Source: Phycisphaerae bacterium (GTDB lineage Bacteria; Planctomycetota; Phycisphaerae; WQYP01). From it: a DNA stretch of 63,751 bases. Where the stretch lies: positions 1 through 63,751 of the forward strand of contig JBMFVY010000004.1 in the NCBI GenBank assembly GCA_049965755.1. Direction: 5' to 3'. The notes below the pieces were generated by a model. It did not search any database and was not told the DNA's origin. It was given only the letters and a program-made list of their open reading frames with translations. The position numbers and the translations under genes were made by a program. Positions 62,201 through 63,751 of this stretch are shown piece after piece. Position 1 is the stretch's first letter, and every line of letters begins with the position of its first letter.

Positions 62201-62332
62201 GCATCCGCGGCGCGCCTGTGAGCACCACGAGGGTTTCACCGACGGGCCCACAGTGCGAGTATGCATGCTTTTGCCGCCGATGGCAAGGGCGCTCTGAGCT
62301 CGGCCATCAAAATGCCTCTGGGGCCGATCCAT
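53222..62332 (-). CDS. cgs: cyclic beta-1,2-glucan synthase-like giant protein (GT84-type glycosyltransferase region + GH94-type phosphorylase region)
   Basis: EWLIDNFYVVQEQL near the N-terminus. There are several TM clusters and a glycosyltransferase-like block (FILTLDADTQLP). The C-terminal GH94-like motifs are GGAFGFRDQLQD and GCGDWNDGLN. Maximum ORF shown. The upstream 95 codons look non-homologous, and a TTG at 62047 behind GGAAGGTGG is a plausible true start. Confidence 0.85.
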   Translation of the reverse strand: MDRPQRHFDGRAQSALAIGGKSMHTRTVGPSVKPSWCSQARRGCGQSDSGDHRLTTPAGRAKNKLVPIGCFVFIVPLASCKETIAAPDSHGRWLKLETTKTEFQSSRWKWFLNREKSAELREEPLRLPLLAIEQLGDLAFKMGQNHSVADGSSSDRLLLRVHENENVITRTHDLITDAAARHQAISPASEWLIDNFYVVQEQLHLIKEHFPRRYCRQLPHINGDPPVPRIFDMMLKLISHLDGRVDIEALDRFIFSYQQASALSLGELWAAPIMLRVGLIENLRRVSGMIYDARKERNLANIWADRLIAAAEAGPDQVIVTLSGLVESQPPLESAFVAEFMRRLHGQHASLHVVLEWMSQSLARKSETPERMVVLESQRQAADQVSMGNCFASFRFLDATDWGKFVERHSMVEHVLRQDPAQIYAKCDFATRDRARHMVEQLARRASIAEHRVAEAVIEMARSSNADTLMGMVQSHVGWYLLDDGLRQLERRLRLRPRVSELLSRIARRAALFFYLLPVVVIAAAITAAWWVGFMMSLPIGAAVAVSAAMAMVAGQCAVSVSNYFYTRVISPKILPRLDYESGIDPQHSTCVVIPCLITDAAEIAELAESLEIKYLANRDPHLSFAVLSDFVDHTQETHPDDDKLLGQMIEKIDTLNRRYGRPDDQPFCLFHRPRTWNASENVWMGRERKRGKLEDFINLIVEKNADAFVKVIAAADRMAQWKFILTLDADTQLPSGTAAEMIGTASHLLNRPIYDPRRRRVIRGYTILQPRVSTTLTSSRESLFARLFSGEPGIDPYTRAVSDVYQDLFGEGSFIGKGIIDVESFHKLLAGRVPENIVLSHDLLEGSLTRAGLVSDIMVLEDHPPTILAELRRRHRWVRGDWQLLPWVVGFMPAGVAGKTLVRVNALARWKLFDNLRRSLVPAATLAMFLIAWTLTTDPSGATLWLVALVIAPTILAGVFSAITKGKSVTWGMHLHDSAWRLLKILGQSAVGLMMLPVEALTNLDAIARSLYRLLISGHHRLQWQTSRHVLKTGSTDLAPFLRAFSGAILFAMAAAVLVVSERPGTIPAALPLILIWLTAPFIAWLLSRPIREQTPPLSSADIKFLRTMARKTWRYFEEFVDEKTHFLPPDNVQEIPQLTVAPRTSPTNIGLALLANLAAFDFGWITQRKMLDRTARTFDTLEKLTRYRGHFLNWYDTQSLEPLHPRYVSTVDSGNLAGHLFVLRSGLIGILREPIQSPEGFNGLQDTLDALREAVEIIKISDASGKSAVFSALDEIDDWISAANHVSPTNAAAIWRAVKVLRQSVDSLQKSVSAVTADADASWYATAAQALIHDAADEMCELMPWLAWAPEQLETLKAALPPDSLPAVVRLESISPRSSLQDMHSQLGAITSELQNLMDHCNDDTSRDRYQLISAAANKAYNAVRSRMSLIDRLCGQCSHLADMDFRFLYNPTRKLMTIGFNIDQNKADDGYYDLLASEARLASYVAIVSGQLPREHWFALGRQLTSVGGKAALLSWSGSMFEYLMPLIVMPSYPQTLLHQSMHAAVERNIDYGRDRSIPWGVSESGYNLTDAQMNYQYKAFGVPGLGYRRRLSEDVVIAPYATMLAMLVNPVAAVVNLRRLAQMGAAGRCGLFEAIDYTPDRIPEPGRPEIIRSFMAHHIGMGLLSLEACTLDHPMQKRFSADPLFKSGELLLQERTPRIEPVFPHSTEVAQARTPVASEVPAWRSFSTPLPAEPQVQLFSNGRYQLMMTAGGGGRAIWNGLALSRWRADSTEDHWGLFCYVKDVESGQLWTLPYQPINSNPKMYSATFSEGKAEYQRRDGSLEQTMHVAVSPEDDVELRRITITNRGRKAVSLELTTYMEVVLAPHAADLAHRAFENLFVKTQIAEDMKTVFASRRPRRASAPTNWMFQSFFVRDDDSLPFSAQTDRHVFLGRGRSISNPAALRHTGRLSGIDGTVLDPIIAIRRAVKIPPEQTITLEIVVGAADSEEACRHLAGRYRDRRFTDRTLSLAWSHGQILLRQLGAGSGDAQLFSELAGALIYPRSRFKGNADLIRANRRGQSGLWAMGISGDLPIVLLRVTSEQNLSLVRQMIQAHAYWRQKGLSVDLVIWNQDASNYRQNLSDAITSIAASGPGAQWIDKPGGIFIRRSDLIAEEDRRLLQAAATISMSDVAGTMAEQSEATGNAAMTPLPLVPVLQGVKDVDPPPGQRPDLSYFNGIGGFTRDGREYVMQLRPNILPPSPWCNVIAGRRIGTVVSERGSMYTWVDNAHEYRLTPWLNDAVSDPTGEALYIRDDQTGRFWSPTVGAAGAPGVSVTRHGFGYTVFEASSQEIDCEMKVFCHMDEPVKFILIKLKNRGNRTRRLTVAHFAQWVLGESAQRTAPHIWTQMDVKSGAILARNAWNLDFGNWVAFAGTSEPRRSVTGDRTEFIGRSGSVSSPAAMRFTRLLGRLGAALDPCAATMCEIQLSPQSERELTFILGAAPDEAQAKSLVNRFQSVAAAKTALEGVWWYWKRTLGTIYLESPDGAVNALANGWLLYQTISSRIFGRSGYYQSGGAFGFRDQLQDAMAAALADPPILRAHLLTCASRQFEDGDVQHWWHPPTGRGVRTKFSDDFLWLPLAVARYVQLTGDTGVLDERVGFIAGPPVAEHAESWYDAPQSSPKVATLYEHAILALRRGMRDGAHGLPLIGCGDWNDGLNLVGEQERGESVWLAFFQCVVFAEMAKVAQVRGDEPTQHWCRDRIASLSRAIEESTWDGDWYTRAFFDDGTPLGSHLNAQCQIDSLPQSWATIAGIGDLQRRQSALRSVEQYLVDRDLGLIKLFDPPFDHPTHDPGYIAGYLPGVRENGGQYTHAAVWAIMAFALAGDVEKAWDLFELINPINHAASAEDISTYRVEPYVVAADVYTLASCPGRGGWTWYTGSAGWMYRLLVETFMGIRVSAERLWFEPRLPAKWPAFKLHYRYCETFYHITMEPSTDRQVIVDGVPSSDGVIHMINDQRDHQVLVRYRRRPLSQPHPSASSEQSHADHQPAGQKTD

Positions 62333-62380
62333 ACATGACTGTTGAATTAATATATTGCAATTGCAGAAGATGATGGCGAT

Positions 62381-62412
62381 AAAAAAAAGGCCCGGGCAGC
62401 GATGCCCGGGCC
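62381..62412 (-). terminator. rho-independent terminator downstream of the GGP-repeat PEP-CTERM gene
   Basis: Minus strand: GGCCCGGGCA-tcgc-TGCCCGGGCC (10-bp GC-rich stem), followed by TTTTTTTT. It starts 39 nt after the stop at 62451. Confidence 0.85.
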
Positions 62413-62450
62413 TGGAGAATTTTCAGAATATTAAATATCTGGGGGATCGA

Positions 62451-63596
62451 TCAATTCATCCGCCGACGCGGCCGGAGGAATTTGAACGCTCCGATACCCA
62501 GCAGGCCTGCCGACGCCAACAGGAAGGTGTTGGGAAGCGGAGTTGGAGTCGGGCTGCCGCTAGGAGTGGTAAGAAAGCGAATATACTGTAGCTTGCTCGG
62601 CGAGGCGTGGATGTAGGGAACCGTCAGTTCCGACGCCAAATCAGCCGGGTTGTACGAAAATCCATTGTCCTTGAGGAACGTGCCGGAGAGTTCGAAGGTA
62701 TAGCTGACGTTGTAGTCCCAGCCGGAATAGCTGGAGCTTGATGCCACTTCGACCCCTTTGGAATTAACTTTCCCCGCCGGTGAGTTTGGGGTTGCACCAT
62801 TCTTGCCAAACAGGCCTGCCGCGCCAGCGGAATCCTTGAACAGATTGTAGTTGTATCCCATGGATGTTTGGGCCGCGAGAACATCGCTTAGTGAGCCCGT
62901 GGTCAACTGGGCATCATCTTGGCTGTTTCCGTAGCTGGCGTTGAAGCCGTCGGAAGTCAGGGCATCGAATGCAGTACTGCTGTTGGTGTTCGGGCCGTTG
63001 GTGCCCGGACCACCTGCTGGACCACCGGGACCACCGGGATTACCGGGACCACCGGGGCCACCGGGACCACCGGGGCCACCGGGACCACCGGGACCACCGG
63101 GACCACCGGGGCCACCGGGACCACCGGGACCGCCGGGACCGCCCGCTCCGGGGGCACTGTATCCGCCACCGCTCACATAGTCCATGACGCCACTGAATAT
63201 GGTGGATCCGGACCTGTTCTTAACGGTAAAGTCGGCGCCATCGCTGCCGAGCAAATCATTGAGCGTGTGCCCGTTGTTCCCGTTACGATTCCAGCCGATG
63301 GCATGGCTTCCATAACTGTTGTCCACAATCGACTCGGGCACATTCAGGCCGACGTACAAATTACCGGACGCACCCTTCGCCACATAAAGCTGGGCGTTTT
63401 GCGTTAACGGTGTCGTTGTCGTACTGCCGGGCCCGCTGACCACCATGGCAAGTGAAAGGGGAATTTCATATTGGTAATCGGTCGGGTTGATGTACCCATT
63501 TACCGTGGGAGCGGCCTGAACCGCACCCGTTGCTGCAACCGACGCCAATCCTGCCAACATTGCTGCGCAAACGGCAGCACGCTTGTTCTCGACCAT
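62451..63596 (-). CDS. PEP-CTERM-type secreted protein with internal (Gly-Gly-Pro)n linker
   Basis: AAGGAGG lies 7 nt before ATG 63596. Signal peptide [18 protein letters not shown]. The central tract is 11 x GGP, GNP, 2 x GGP, Ala, GGP. The C-terminus [31 protein letters not shown] is a PEP-CTERM variant. Confidence 0.75.
   Translation of the reverse strand: MVENKRAAVCAAMLAGLASVAATGAVQAAPTVNGYINPTDYQYEIPLSLAMVVSGPGSTTTTPLTQNAQLYVAKGASGNLYVGLNVPESIVDNSYGSHAIGWNRNGNNGHTLNDLLGSDGADFTVKNRSGSTIFSGVMDYVSGGGYSAPGAGGPGGPGGPGGPGGPGGPGGPGGPGGPGGPGGPGNPGGPGGPAGGPGTNGPNTNSSTAFDALTSDGFNASYGNSQDDAQLTTGSLSDVLAAQTSMGYNYNLFKDSAGAAGLFGKNGATPNSPAGKVNSKGVEVASSSSYSGWDYNVSYTFELSGTFLKDNGFSYNPADLASELTVPYIHASPSKLQYIRFLTTPSGSPTPTPLPNTFLLASAGLLGIGAFKFLRPRRRMN
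63006..63143 (-). repeat. 15 tandem 9-nt units (plus-strand consensus GGGACCACC) encoding Gly-Gly-Pro
   Basis: Read directly. The units are cgg/tgg/ggg-acc/gcc/att-acc/gcc, with one 3-nt (Ala) interruption at 63015-63017. All six frames stay open across it. Confidence 0.95.
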
Positions 63597-63751
63597 TTCT
63601 GGCCTCCTTACAAAAAGTTTTCCTGAGACTACCTGCTCACTCTCGGGGGAAACGCTTCCCTCGTTACAGTTTTTAGCGGATGTTCCATCAGAATTTGATG
63701 CTTCGCAGGGCCATATGAGGCCGTAAAATCAACGGTTTTTGCGTCTCGACG

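Noticed and set aside
62919-63407. Several ORFs in other frames and on the other strand across the GGP repeat (PPGPPG..., HRDHRD..., VPVVPV...)
   Set aside because: They are artefacts of a stop-free 9-nt repeat. Only the minus-strand frame has an SD, a signal peptide and a PEP-CTERM end.
1-63751. Looked for CRISPR arrays, rRNA, IS elements, transposases, integrases, toxin-antitoxin pairs and sigma-54 (TGGCAC-N5-TTGC) promoters
   Set aside because: None found by eye. The few TGGCAC occurrences lie inside coding regions without a correctly spaced TTGC.

Overview
All calls rest on motif recognition by eye, not on database searches. This is a moderately GC-rich chromosomal segment that looks like a PVC-superphylum bacterium, most likely Planctomycetota. 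That guess rests on 'planctomycete cytochrome c' (PSCyt1) modules, PEP-CTERM proteins and secreted prenyltransferase-repeat and NPCBM proteins. I support about 45 protein genes, one tRNA-Asn(GTT), three decayed genes, a few terminators and promoters, and one coding tandem repeat. I saw no rRNA, CRISPR array, transposase or integrase. Most of the window is housekeeping: rpoN, htrA, murD, pyrF, cspA, kdsB, zwf, clpX and argH, plus a tightly packed minus-strand run of pgk-rpe-fabI-tsaC/sua5-alr-hydroxyacid dehydrogenase. Accessory content is as follows. (1) The best candidate for something undescribed is a small islet between pgk and tRNA-Asn (about 48.3-52.1 kb). It holds a divergent cyclase-homology/palm-like protein, a beta-class DNA amino-methyltransferase and a PD-(D/E)XK-like nuclease. 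The nuclease frame is broken by one in-frame TAA 42 codons in. (2) A four-gene minus-strand operon (35.2-42.1 kb) encodes a large two-TM secreted protein, an ABC ATPase, a double-length ABC-2 permease and a HEAT-repeat protein. (3) Two tandem paralogous PSCyt1-heme plus leucine-rich-repeat proteins. (4) A roughly 3000-codon cyclic beta-1,2-glucan synthase-like gene bracketed by two PEP-CTERM genes, one carrying a 15-unit 9-nt (Gly-Gly-Pro) repeat. (5) An orphan FHA-GAF histidine kinase. Signs of gene decay are an eroded GH3 glycosidase relic, an aldo/keto reductase with a single CAA->TAA nonsense codon, and the interrupted nuclease.
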